The notes: a model not told the origin generated them from the letters alone. DNA of 63,885 bases, filler included, from Candidatus Nanoarchaeia archaeon (GCA_035290625.1; 5 parts of 4 records of this genome joined end to end with filler, not necessarily neighbours in it), one strand, 5' to 3'; shown: positions 29,986 through 39,167, counted from the first letter of the whole stretch. Translations and numbers: made by a program.

Positions 29986-31204
29986 TCTCCTCTGCCCTCT
30001 TTCTATTTTCAGGATTGTATGCTATTTCCTGTGGGGCAATGACTCGAAATGAGAATGGGAAGAGATGCCTCTTGTCCATGTGAGGGAGGCCAGGCCTGAA
30101 CTCCTCAAGCCTTATGATTTTGGCATCCTCTGATCCTGACTGGAAAGGCTTGATATAGGTGTCAGTTGAAAGTTTTGGCTGGGCATCCGGAATCTTCTGG
30201 TCTACGCAGATCACCTGATGCCGCTCGATCTGCAACCCTTTCCTTATCTCCTCATTCAGTGTCTCAGTCTCTATGGGAGTTCCCCGCCTTCGCCTGATTT
30301 CTCTTATAGTTTCTTTATCTTCTAGACCAACAAAAAACAAATCCCGGTAGGGCTCCTGCTTCTGGAAGACCATTCTGGCAAGGTATGCCGCTGCCTGCTG
30401 TCTGGGATCTCCGTTATTCTCTTCGAGCAACTTCTTCTTCAATCCTTCCTCTGAGTAGTTCATTAGCTCTCCAATCTCTTTTTTTCTCAGCTCCAGAGCA
30501 GTGTGCAGCATCTCATCAAATGCGCAGGTGTTCCTGTTGTGATATACTCCCAAATACATATTCCTGTACACTGTGATAAACATCTCGATATTTGGAAGGC
30601 AGTCCTGTGTAAAGTAGATGATTTTTCCATCAATGCCTGAGCACTGAATAAATCTTTCATGCTTAAGGCTGTCTCCGAATCCTGTCGTATTGGTAGAATC
30701 CCTCATGAGATAATCCAGGCGGTCTACATCCAAAGAGCCTGCAATCAACTGCTGGCCATAAGGGTTTCCCCTATACTTACCGTCTATAAGCGCGATGACT
30801 TCATCAGGATCCACGTTGAATTCTTTTAATACATCCAGGATTTCCTTCGATTCTCTAATCCTCTTTACAGACTCTTTCTCGTGGTGAAAGTGGTTCTCAT
30901 TGAGGAACTTCTCAGCTGCGTGAGAGAATGGAGAATGGCCGATGTCATGGAGCATTGCTGCAGATTCTAATGTGTAAGTCTCTTGTTTAGACAGGTTCAG
31001 ATAGCGGCTAAAGAGCCCAGCAAGAATAGATGAGCCAATAAGATGTTCCCTGCGCCGATGTGTTGCATTTGGAAAGAGATTTGACGACAAGCCAAGCTGC
31101 GTGAGGCCTTCGGCTTCAAGGACAGGCTCTGTGGATTTCAGGCTGGTTTGCAATTCGTCAAGATCAACAGACCCGTATACCCTGTCAGCCAGCTGCCTGC
31201 TCAT
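29972..31204 (-). CDS. HD-domain phosphohydrolase (dNTP triphosphohydrolase-like)
   Basis: QLG...FPNATH.R.EH..G, LHDIGHSPFSH, DVDRLDYLMRD, MY..VY. Confidence 0.88.
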   Translation of the reverse strand: MSRQLADRVYGSVDLDELQTSLKSTEPVLEAEGLTQLGLSSNLFPNATHRRREHLIGSSILAGLFSRYLNLSKQETYTLESAAMLHDIGHSPFSHAAEKFLNENHFHHEKESVKRIRESKEILDVLKEFNVDPDEVIALIDGKYRGNPYGQQLIAGSLDVDRLDYLMRDSTNTTGFGDSLKHERFIQCSGIDGKIIYFTQDCLPNIEMFITVYRNMYLGVYHNRNTCAFDEMLHTALELRKKEIGELMNYSEEGLKKKLLEENNGDPRQQAAAYLARMVFQKQEPYRDLFFVGLEDKETIREIRRRRGTPIETETLNEEIRKGLQIERHQVICVDQKIPDAQPKLSTDTYIKPFQSGSEDAKIIRLEEFRPGLPHMDKRHLFPFSFRVIAPQEIAYNPENRKRAEEIILG

Positions 31205-32097
31205 CGCTTCTGGCTGATCATGTCTGCAATCAGCCCGAACAGCAAAATCTGCACGCCCATAATGATAAGGATAACTGCAGAATCATCGCCGAATCTTGTT
31301 ATTGCTCCAACCCTTACAAGGTAGCCGACCAAAAGGCCGAAGAGCAGCACAAGGCTTCCCAGAGGAACAAATATCTTTAATGGGAATGTGTGGTAATACA
31401 ATCGCAGGATATTGGGCAGCACTTTGAAGGGATATTTCAATGAGATGAATGATTTGCCGGCAGTCCTCTTATGGAAGACAACTGGAACTTCAATGACACG
31501 CATATTCTTTCTCCATGCATCAATGATCAGCTGCTGGGTCTCATTGTAGTCAGACATCATCTGCATCCTGTCAAGGTAGCGCCTGTGGAACGCCATAATC
31601 CCGGTTTGGCCGTCAGTTATCCTCAACCCAGTGAACTTTGAGGTAACCCAGCTGAAGAATGAATTCCCTGCTTTTCGATATGCGGGCATGCTATACTCTA
31701 TTGAGCCGAGAAACCTTGAGCCAAAGACTGCATCAGCCCTGTCTTCGAGTATCGGTGCAATAACCTTTTCGATATCCAGGGGATCGTGCTGATAGTCTGC
31801 ATCGATCTTGACTGCAATATCAGCTCCCATCTCTCTTGCAGTCTCCATGCCTGTCCGGGTTGCTGCACCTAAACCGCGGTTGAACGGATGCGTGATGACC
31901 CTGACTCCTTTCTCCCTGCCTATTTTTGCTGTATGGTCACGTGAGCCGTCATTCACAACAATAACCTCAACAGTATACCTTTTTCTTTCCCTGTAGGTCT
32001 CTTTGATTGTGTCTATGATCCTGCCGATTGTTGCTTCTTCGTTATATGCGGGAATATACACTACAACCTTCTTCATGCTGCTTCCATCTTTTATCAT
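31201..32097 (-). CDS. GT2 glycosyltransferase
   Basis: IPAYNEE, NDGSRD, DADYQH, GSRF. Confidence 0.93.
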   Translation of the reverse strand: MIKDGSSMKKVVVYIPAYNEEATIGRIIDTIKETYRERKRYTVEVIVVNDGSRDHTAKIGREKGVRVITHPFNRGLGAATRTGMETAREMGADIAVKIDADYQHDPLDIEKVIAPILEDRADAVFGSRFLGSIEYSMPAYRKAGNSFFSWVTSKFTGLRITDGQTGIMAFHRRYLDRMQMMSDYNETQQLIIDAWRKNMRVIEVPVVFHKRTAGKSFISLKYPFKVLPNILRLYYHTFPLKIFVPLGSLVLLFGLLVGYLVRVGAITRFGDDSAVILIIMGVQILLFGLIADMISQKR

Positions 32098-33197
32098 TGT
32101 ATCACTTCCTTAACAGCATTTACCATAAAGTCAAGCTGCTCTTGCTGCAAACCTGGGAACATAGGAAGGGTGATGCATGCCTTTGAAGCACTTTCTGTCA
32201 CAGGAAGCCTGAGTCTCTCATATGCTTTGTATGCAGGCTGCGTATGGGCAGGAGGATCAAAATGCACGGACGCCATCACTCCTCTCTTTCGCAGCTCATT
32301 GACGATCCTATCACGGCCTTTTTCCACCTGAATCACATACATCTGATAGGTGTGCCTTGCATGCTCATGCTCAAAGGGAACCTTAAGCCCAGGGATATTC
32401 TCCAACTGCCTGTTCAGATATGCAGCGTGCTGCCTCCTCTTCCCGTTGAACTGGTCAACTTTCTTCAGCTGGGAATCTCCCAACGCAGCAAGCATATTTG
32501 ACATGCGCATATTGTGGCCTGGATACAGCGAGGAGCGAATCCATGGCTTGTCCATCTTTTCCCTGTCTATTGTCTTTGAATGCATGCCATGAGCGCTCAT
32601 TGCTGCAATCTTCTCTGCAAACTCCTTATCGTTGGTTGTAATCATGCCTCCTTCGCCTGTTGTAATGTTCTTTGTCGGGAAAAATGAGAAGCACCCGATA
32701 CCGAAGGATCCAGTTTTCTTCCCTTTCCATGTGCCTCCAATGCATTCTGCGCTGTCTTCAATAACTTTAAGATTATGCTCCTCTGCAGTCTCCATAATCT
32801 GGCCCATGTTTGCAGATTGTCCAGCGTAATGGACAGGCATGATTGCTGTGGTCTTTGGAGAGATCGCCTTTCTTACTGCATCAGGATTGATGCAGAGCGT
32901 TTTAGGATCAATATCCACAAACACTGGCTTTGCTCCTGCAGCTACTACAGCATTGGCAGAGGCAGGAAATGTGAAGCTTGGAAGAATGATCTCGCCTTTC
33001 AACTCCTGGCAAGCCAGGAAAAGGGCAGATGTGCAGCTGTTGAGAGTAACTGCATGCTTCACGCCAATATATTCTGCGAAATGCTCCTCAAACTCCTTAT
33101 TTTTCTGGCCATGGGCAAGCCATCGTGAAGAAAGCACTCCTGTGACTGCCAGAATGTCGTCTTCTCCGATTTCCGGTATACACAGAGGGATGTTCAT
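32094..33197 (-). CDS. DegT/DnrJ/EryC1/StrS PLP-dependent sugar aminotransferase
   Basis: NSCTSAL, VHYAG, EDSA, FSFFPTKNITTGEGG. Confidence 0.95.
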   Translation of the reverse strand: MNIPLCIPEIGEDDILAVTGVLSSRWLAHGQKNKEFEEHFAEYIGVKHAVTLNSCTSALFLACQELKGEIILPSFTFPASANAVVAAGAKPVFVDIDPKTLCINPDAVRKAISPKTTAIMPVHYAGQSANMGQIMETAEEHNLKVIEDSAECIGGTWKGKKTGSFGIGCFSFFPTKNITTGEGGMITTNDKEFAEKIAAMSAHGMHSKTIDREKMDKPWIRSSLYPGHNMRMSNMLAALGDSQLKKVDQFNGKRRQHAAYLNRQLENIPGLKVPFEHEHARHTYQMYVIQVEKGRDRIVNELRKRGVMASVHFDPPAHTQPAYKAYERLRLPVTESASKACITLPMFPGLQQEQLDFMVNAVKEVIQ

Positions 33198-34036
33198 TTT
33201 CTGATGGTGAGCTCTGCCAAGGCTCCGAAGAGGAAAATCTGCAATGCAGCAACTATCAATACAATGACGCTGATGTCCATCAATTTATGGAGTATAAAAA
33301 ATGAATAGGCAAATACAAGCCCCGCTCCCATGATCAAGACCGCGCTGACTAGACCGAACATCCTCATTGGCCTGAAATAGGTCATAAGCCTGATAATGAG
33401 CATGCAAAAGTTCTTGAAATCCCTGAATGGCTTTACTGAAGAAACCCCTTTCCTCCTGAAATACCGTATTGGGACAAATTTTACAGTATACTCATTGGTG
33501 AGGCATGCGATTGTTAATGTTGTCGTAAATGAGAACCCTTGTGGGAAAAGGTTGAAGAATTTCATTGCAATCCCTTTTCTGAACAACCGGAGTCCTGAGT
33601 TGAGATCCGGGATATTCTTTCCTGTCAGGAATCTGGCTAATGCTGTCAGGATTTTTTTTGCAGGGATCCTGAACAAGGGGATATGGGGATTCTTTGTTCT
33701 CGCTCCTACAACCATATCATATCCTGTATAGAGAAGGAGCTTTGGAATATCCTGGATAGGATAGGTTCCGTCAGCATCAAGAATCAGGATCCATTCGTGC
33801 TCAGCAGCCACCAATGCCTTTTTGATCGACGCGCCATAGCCGAGGTTATAGGGATTATTGATTATCTTCACAAACGACATTCTTTTCAGGATTTCTAATG
33901 AGCGGTCTGTGGAGCCATCGTTTACTGCAATAATCTCATACGTTTTTCTTGTGGAGTCCATCACTCTCTTTACATGGCGGACAGTTTCCTCTACAGCCTG
34001 CTCTTCATTATACACAGGTATGATGACGCTTATCAT
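33194..34036 (-). CDS. GT2 glycosyltransferase
   Basis: IPVYNEE, NDGSTD, DADGTY, DLNSG, GFSFTTT. Confidence 0.93.
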   Translation of the reverse strand: MISVIIPVYNEEQAVEETVRHVKRVMDSTRKTYEIIAVNDGSTDRSLEILKRMSFVKIINNPYNLGYGASIKKALVAAEHEWILILDADGTYPIQDIPKLLLYTGYDMVVGARTKNPHIPLFRIPAKKILTALARFLTGKNIPDLNSGLRLFRKGIAMKFFNLFPQGFSFTTTLTIACLTNEYTVKFVPIRYFRRKGVSSVKPFRDFKNFCMLIIRLMTYFRPMRMFGLVSAVLIMGAGLVFAYSFFILHKLMDISVIVLIVAALQIFLFGALAELTIRK

Positions 34037-34986
34037 TGCATTGCTCCCTGGCTTCTTTTGTACCACCCAACAAACTCTTTTATGCCTTCTGCTATCGGCA
34101 CATTCGGCTTGTATCCAAGAAGCAGCTTTGCCTTCGTTATGTCAGCCCAGGTGTTGTCCACGTCTCCTCTCTGAACTGGCTTTCTGATAATTTTTGCCTT
34201 TTTTCCGATATTCTTTTCCAGCAGCTCAATGATTGCAGGAAGCTCCACCGGATTCCCACTTGCCACATTGATGATCTCAAATTTGAGCTCTTTGTCCAAT
34301 GCGAGGAGGATTGCCCTCACCGTATCTTTTACGTTTGTGTAGTCTCTCTTTGTGCCCTCTCCGTATATCTCGATTGGGACTCCTTTGTTGATTTTCTCTG
34401 TGAATCCATAGATTGCCATGTCAGGCCTTCCCCTTGGCCCGTAGACTGTGAAGAGCCTTAGGATTGCAATGTTCAAGCCATACTGCTTATGGTAATAGCT
34501 GCATATAAGCTCTGCAGACTTCTTGGTTGCAGCATAGATCGATTCTTGGTTCTCAGTTGATTGATCTTCTTTAAATGGCAATGAGCTGTTGCCGTAGACA
34601 GAGGACGATGAGGAAAAGACTACAGACTTGACTTTGAAATCCTTGCAAAGCTCAAGGACGTTGATTGTCCCTATCCCGTTTACCTTGGCATAGACCTGCG
34701 GTTCCTGGGAGGAGTATCTCACTCCTGCCATGGCAGCAAGATGGATGACTTTTTCAGGTGCTTCTTTTTCAAAGATGCCTTTTAATGCGTCTTTTTCGGT
34801 GATATCTTTTTTGTATACTGTGAAGTTTCTATCCTTCTTTATCCCTTCAATGTTCTTTTCCTTTATCTTAGGATTGTAGTAATCGTTGAAATTGTCAACA
34901 CAGATGACAGCATCGCCTCTTGCTATGAGGGCTTCGCATACATGAGAGCCGATGAAGCCGGCTCCGCCTGTCACAAGGATTTTCAT
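34033..34986 (-). CDS. NAD-dependent epimerase (UDP-glucuronate 4-epimerase-like)
   Basis: GGAGFIG, HLAAMAGVRYS, SSSSVYG, YAATK, FTVYGPRGRPDMA. Confidence 0.92.
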   Translation of the reverse strand: MKILVTGGAGFIGSHVCEALIARGDAVICVDNFNDYYNPKIKEKNIEGIKKDRNFTVYKKDITEKDALKGIFEKEAPEKVIHLAAMAGVRYSSQEPQVYAKVNGIGTINVLELCKDFKVKSVVFSSSSSVYGNSSLPFKEDQSTENQESIYAATKKSAELICSYYHKQYGLNIAILRLFTVYGPRGRPDMAIYGFTEKINKGVPIEIYGEGTKRDYTNVKDTVRAILLALDKELKFEIINVASGNPVELPAIIELLEKNIGKKAKIIRKPVQRGDVDNTWADITKAKLLLGYKPNVPIAEGIKEFVGWYKRSQGAMQ

Positions 34987-35019
34987 TACTGAGAAGAACC
35001 GAGAGATGTTTTTAAAGGT

Positions 35020-36444
35020 TTAGCTTGGAGAAAGCAGTATCTTCATGCCTGCAGCAGCCTTTCTTGTGAACTCTCCGACAGAGCGCACTTTAAGCACCTC
35101 CTGCCAGATGTATCTTGGCCTGAAGTAGAAGGATTTGTAGGCGTGCTCGCACATCTTGAAGAGCTCCTCTTTTGGGTAGAGGCCGCAGGTCGGAGGGTCA
35201 AATGCAGTTGTTGGGTTTTCTGCGTATTTCTTCCAGGCTTCCATGACTGAGGTGTTGCCCTGGCTAAGCAAATCGCGCCATACTTCGGTTTCAGGGAAGG
35301 GAGTAAAAACAGTAAAGTGGCAGAATGAAGGCTTAAGCTTTTTTGCAAACCTGATCGTTTCGAGCATCTCTTCTTTTGTTTCTCCGGGCAGACCAAGAAT
35401 GAAATAGCCCAAGCGATCCATTCCTACTTCCTTGCAGAGCCTAAAGGCTTTTTCTATCTGAGGAATTGTTACCCCTTTTTTTACTGTCTGCAGGCCTTTT
35501 ACTGTTCCTGATTCAACACCAAAATTGATCCTCTCGCAGCCTGCTTTTTTCATCAGCTTGAGAAGCTCTTCATCAACGCTATCAACCCTTGTCCTGCAGT
35601 CCCAGATGATCTCCAGCTTTCTGCTGAGGATCTCATCGCATATCTCCTTTGCCCTTCTCCTGTTCAATGTCCAGGTGTCATCATAAAAAAGGATCTCATT
35701 GATGCCGAGCTGCTTGCAGCTCTCCATCTCATCTACTACAAGCTTCGCTGATCTTGCCCGAAAGGTCTTTCCTCCTGCCTGTGGGCGATCACAGAATGTG
35801 CAGAGGTATGGACAGCCCCTGCTGGTGACCATTGTTGTAAGGGGATTTGCTTTTGATAATACTGAGTAGTACTTTTTGTAAGGGGTGAGGGTCCGGTCAG
35901 GCATGGGAAGCTCGTCCAAGTTCTGGATGAATGGCTTGGGAGGAGTCACGATGACCCTTCCTTCCTTGTTTTTGAAATAGATCCCGCTGACCTGCCTTAG
36001 CTTTTCATCGCTATGGAGATTCTCTATTAACTCAGTAAATGTTTTCTCTCCCTCTCCTGCCACAACAATATCCACGTTCGGCTGGCGGATCGTCTCATTT
36101 GGGAACATGGTTGCATGGGGGCCGCCAAAGACAATCTTGATGCAGGGGTTGATCTCCTTGATGGCTTTTGCAAGGTTTAAGGAGTCGAGAAGCGTGAAGG
36201 TTAAGGCAGCCATCCCTACTACGTCTGGGTTTATCTCCCTGACTTTCCTTTTCACATCCTCATAGGACATCCCTTCAACCTGAGTGTCAAGAACTAACGC
36301 TTTGTGAGAAGTCCAGGCATTGATGCAGGTTGCGAGCCAGATAAGGCCCATCGGAGGATTGTAGCCGCGGTCTGTGGTGACGAATTTTGGCGTCTCTGCC
36401 TGGATCAGATTCTGCAATGGTGGGTTGATGAAGAGGATGTTCAT
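35020..36444 (-). CDS. B12-binding-domain radical SAM protein
   Basis: PPMGL, GGPHAT, GEGE, SRGCPYLCTFC, GVESG. Confidence 0.92.
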   Translation of the reverse strand: MNILFINPPLQNLIQAETPKFVTTDRGYNPPMGLIWLATCINAWTSHKALVLDTQVEGMSYEDVKRKVREINPDVVGMAALTFTLLDSLNLAKAIKEINPCIKIVFGGPHATMFPNETIRQPNVDIVVAGEGEKTFTELIENLHSDEKLRQVSGIYFKNKEGRVIVTPPKPFIQNLDELPMPDRTLTPYKKYYSVLSKANPLTTMVTSRGCPYLCTFCDRPQAGGKTFRARSAKLVVDEMESCKQLGINEILFYDDTWTLNRRRAKEICDEILSRKLEIIWDCRTRVDSVDEELLKLMKKAGCERINFGVESGTVKGLQTVKKGVTIPQIEKAFRLCKEVGMDRLGYFILGLPGETKEEMLETIRFAKKLKPSFCHFTVFTPFPETEVWRDLLSQGNTSVMEAWKKYAENPTTAFDPPTCGLYPKEELFKMCEHAYKSFYFRPRYIWQEVLKVRSVGEFTRKAAAGMKILLSPS

Positions 36445-36519
36445 TTTCCTGGTTAGGTTTGGGCTGGTATTAAATGGTTTATGTTTTCACTATGGTTAAC
36501 TTCTCCTATAAATAAGTTA

Positions 36520-36668
36520 TGGGCCTGCGGAGATTTGAATTCCGGCTGTTCGTCTCCGGACCACCGGCTCGCTTAGAGCCATCTCCAATGGAGACACTGC
36601 CATATAAGACCGGCGCTCCATTGCCTGCGTCCAGCTTCGCTGGCAGCACCAGGCTAAGCTACAGGCCC
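36520..36668 (-). tRNA. tRNA-Ile(UAU) with three BHB introns (D-loop 36621-36648, canonical 37/38 36570-36602, T-arm 53/54 36540-36553)
   Basis: Spliced product GGGCCTG-TA-GCTT-AGCCTGGTG-GAGC-G-CCGGT-CTTATAA-GCCGG-TGGTC-CGGAG-TTCAAAT-CTCCG-CAGGCCC-A; BHB central helices GCCT/AGGC, CTTA/TAAG, CCGG/CCGG; TTTAAATA upstream. Confidence 0.88.
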
Positions 36669-36709
36669 ACGCATACTGTTATCAGAGGTTTTTATTTAAA
36701 TATTCCTTT

Positions 36710-37294
36710 TTAAGAACACTTAATTATCTTTTTATAAATCTGAACCATCCTCTCAAAAATAGGGCTGAAATCATCACCTTCATAGGTTTTTAGCCCTTTG
36801 AAACTCGTCCTAACCCTTGCTTGTGGGTCAATCCAAAAATGCGGCTCATCATAACAAAAGCCACGCTTACAATACGAGCCACACGCCAATTCTCCTTGTT
36901 CATTGAAACGGATGGCTACTGCATGATCAATGTTTTTTACCTTTAAAAACGCGCCATACACTATTAGGGTAAGCAGAGCCACATCCCTGCACGTGAGAAT
37001 CTCTCCTTTGGTTTCTAGTATATCCCTGGCAATAGGGACTTTTGGGATAGGCATATATACACTCTCAAAATAAAAGCCTGCGCCGTTTCCATCAGGAAGG
37101 ATATACGCAACCCCCTCTAAACCTGCCTCATCCAATCTACGCTGAGAAAGCAGTTCTTGCTCTTCTAATATCCCTCTAATCGCTTGGGTTACCTTGTTTT
37201 CTATACTCGGCTCGCTTCTAAGTCCTGTTGGATAGCCACTGGAGTGCCCTCTTGCCAGGAAAGTATCCCCTCTGCAGGCATGTGAATCGCTCAT
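36710..37294 (-). CDS. Hypothetical protein between tRNA genes
   Basis: Open frame of about 194 aa, TATA-like sequence upstream; no recognised motif. Confidence 0.55.
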   Translation of the reverse strand: MSDSHACRGDTFLARGHSSGYPTGLRSEPSIENKVTQAIRGILEEQELLSQRRLDEAGLEGVAYILPDGNGAGFYFESVYMPIPKVPIARDILETKGEILTCRDVALLTLIVYGAFLKVKNIDHAVAIRFNEQGELACGSYCKRGFCYDEPHFWIDPQARVRTSFKGLKTYEGDDFSPIFERMVQIYKKIIKCS

Positions 37295-37370
37295 TTTGTG
37301 AGGGAAATCTGAGGGATTATTTAAATCTCTCCACAACCTTTTTATAAGCACTTTTATTCTGTTTATATGA

Positions 37371-37486
37371 GGGTCCGTGGTCTAGCGGTTATGATGACGC
37401 CCTTACAAGGAGGCTAAGCAAGGCGTTGGTCCCCGGTTCGAATGGTGAAGGCTTAAAGCTTCGCTCTGAAAGTCCGGGCGGACCCA
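37371..37486 (+). tRNA. tRNA-Val(UAC) with two introns (37/38: 37408-37420; T-loop 59/60: 37443-37472)
   Basis: Acceptor GGGTCCG/CGGACCC, anticodon stem ACGCC/GGCGT, BHB helices CTTA/TAAG and TTCG/TGAA with 3-nt bulges. Confidence 0.92.
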
Positions 37487-37497
37487 CTTTATCAATC

Positions 37498-37788
37498 ATG
37501 GCTGAAAAACGATACCACCTCATCATTTCAGGAAGAGTGCAGGGAGTGCTTTTTAGGTATAACTCAAAGCTGAAGGCTGACCGCTTAGGCATCTATGGCT
37601 GGGTGCAGAACATGAAGGACGGCTCTGTTGAAATCGTGTGCCAGGGAGAGGCTGGTAAGCTCCGTGAGTTTATTGATTGGTGCGGGAAAGGCCCGTTTTT
37701 AGCTAAAGTAAGGGGCATCAAGATAACAGAGGAAAGGGTTAAGAAGGAGTTTCAATCCTTCTCCATCCGATATGCGATAGTAGTATAA
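37498..37788 (+). CDS. acyP: Acylphosphatase
   Basis: SGRVQGVLFR, GWVQNMKDGSVE, GP..AKV; last 15 nt overlap tRNA-Gly. Confidence 0.92.
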   Translation: MAEKRYHLIISGRVQGVLFRYNSKLKADRLGIYGWVQNMKDGSVEIVCQGEAGKLREFIDWCGKGPFLAKVRGIKITEERVKKEFQSFSIRYAIVV

Positions 37789-37875
37789 AGGCCAGTATAC
37801 AACGTTGCCAATAGCAGAACTCTGTATTTGCTACGTAAAGACGTTGGGATCCGGGTTCGATTCCCGGCTATCGCA
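37774..37875 (+). tRNA. tRNA-Gly(GCC) with canonical intron 37811-37840
   Basis: Acceptor GCGATAG/CTATCGC, anticodon stem CAACG/CGTTG, T-arm CCGGG-TTCGATT-CCCGG; BHB TTGC/GTAA. Confidence 0.93.
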
Positions 37876-37878
37876 TAA

Positions 37879-37921
37879 GCGATAGTCGGTCCGAGACGAA
37901 GTCTCACTACCGGCTATCGCA
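37879..37921 (+). repeat. Minihelix-like duplication of the tRNA-Gly ends
   Basis: GCGATAGTCGGT...ACCGGCTATCGC-A; inner hairpin GAGAC-GAA-GTCTC. Confidence 0.75.
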
Positions 37922-37947
37922 CCTTACTTCTGGGAGTATCGGTGTCA

Positions 37948-38094
37948 AGACAACTATACGCGGAAGCGGAAGATTTAGAAGTGTTAGAAGAAAGTGATGA
38001 CGAGATGAATGCAAACAAAAGAAAGATAAAGATAAGATTCAAACTAAACAAAGGAAGCTACGCAACAGAATACATAAAACCAACATTTGAATAA
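37948..38094 (+). pseudogene. truD: C-terminal remnant of TruD-family pseudouridine synthase
   Basis: Frame reads RQLYAEAEDLEVLEESDDEMNANKRKIKIRFKLNKGSYATEYIKPTFE*; F.L.KGSYAT is the TruD C-terminal motif; no N-terminal domain. Confidence 0.7.
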
Positions 38095-38095
38095 A

Positions 38096-38842
38096 ATGGC
38101 AAACTATTGGCAAGTCGTCAAAAAAGCAATAGGGGACGCAGACATACTTTTGTTAGTCCTAGACTCAAGATTCATAGAAGAGACAAGAAACGAAGAGATA
38201 GAAGAGAAAATAAGAGCAGCTGGAAAAAAACTGATCTACGTAATGACAAAGTGCGACCTTGCAGAACAAGAATACATGGAAAAAATCAAGCACAAACTAA
38301 AACCCTCAGTGTTCGTCTCATCAAAAGAATTCTTGGGAACAACAATCCTCAAAGAAAAAATATTGATAGAAGCAAAAAGGATGGACAGCAAAGAAAGAAT
38401 CAAAGTTGGAGTTTTAGGATATCCAAACGTAGGAAAATCATCACTGATAAACGCATTGAAAGGAAGAAAAGTAGCACCAACAAGCATCACAAGCGGGCAG
38501 ACAAGAGGGGTACAAAAAATAAACTTCGGATCAAGAATAGCATTCCTGGACACGCCGGGAGTCATACCCTATCGAGAAAAAGACAAAAACAAACACGCAC
38601 TTACTGGAACTATAGACTTCGCAAAAACAAAAGAACCAGACCTAGCAGTCATGCACATCATGGAACAATACCCCGGAAAAATAGAGAGACATTATGAAGT
38701 TGAAGTAACAGAAGACAAAGAACAAACACTAGAACAGATAGCGCTAAAGAAAAAAGTATTGCTAAAAGCAGGAGAGCCAGACACAGTACGCATGGCGGTA
38801 GTCATACTGAAAGAATGGCAGACAGGAAAAATAAAAACATAA
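38096..38842 (+). CDS. Circularly permuted YlqF/RbgA-type ribosome-biogenesis GTPase
   Basis: VLDSR, TKCD (G4) preceding GYPNVGKSS (G1), DTPG. Confidence 0.93.
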   Translation: MANYWQVVKKAIGDADILLLVLDSRFIEETRNEEIEEKIRAAGKKLIYVMTKCDLAEQEYMEKIKHKLKPSVFVSSKEFLGTTILKEKILIEAKRMDSKERIKVGVLGYPNVGKSSLINALKGRKVAPTSITSGQTRGVQKINFGSRIAFLDTPGVIPYREKDKNKHALTGTIDFAKTKEPDLAVMHIMEQYPGKIERHYEVEVTEDKEQTLEQIALKKKVLLKAGEPDTVRMAVVILKEWQTGKIKT

Positions 38843-39060
38843 AAAATATTTCTAAAAGAGCTATGGTCTTTGTTGATGGAAACAACTTTTATCATAATTT
38901 GAACTCAAGTTTCATTCCCTGCCTAGATCTCCTCAAATCGAGAGGCAAATGGGTAGGCTCCGCTTGCACAGCTAAATGCTATTCTTATAACCTCCGAAAT
39001 AACTTTCCTTGGTTTATTCTGGATAGAAAGTTACTTATTGATACATGTTCAAAGGACTAA
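38843..39060 (+). pseudogene. Internally deleted NYN-domain gene
   Basis: RAMVFVDGNNFYHNL (NYN N-terminus) joined directly to SFIPCLDLLKSRGK.V (NYN C-terminal part); central domain missing. Confidence 0.55.
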
Positions 39061-39167
39061 TCTTTAAATGTCCCTTATATGATCTCCTGTCTACGCATTA
39101 AATCAGAAACATCCTACACGGCTGCACGCCCACAACCTTTAAATACATCATTTCTCACCATTTCATC

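Noticed and set aside
36519..37497. ORF 36519-36713 and the 37426 start of acylphosphatase
   Set aside because: They overlap tRNA-Ile and tRNA-Val; ATG 37498 matches the family start.
37879..37921. Split or permuted tRNA half
   Set aside because: No D-arm, anticodon arm, TTC loop or convincing BHB/leader; kept only as a minihelix-like duplication.
38107..38697. 196-aa Lys/Arg/Asn-rich alternative-frame ORF
   Set aside because: By-product of the T-poor, A-rich composition of the GTPase gene.
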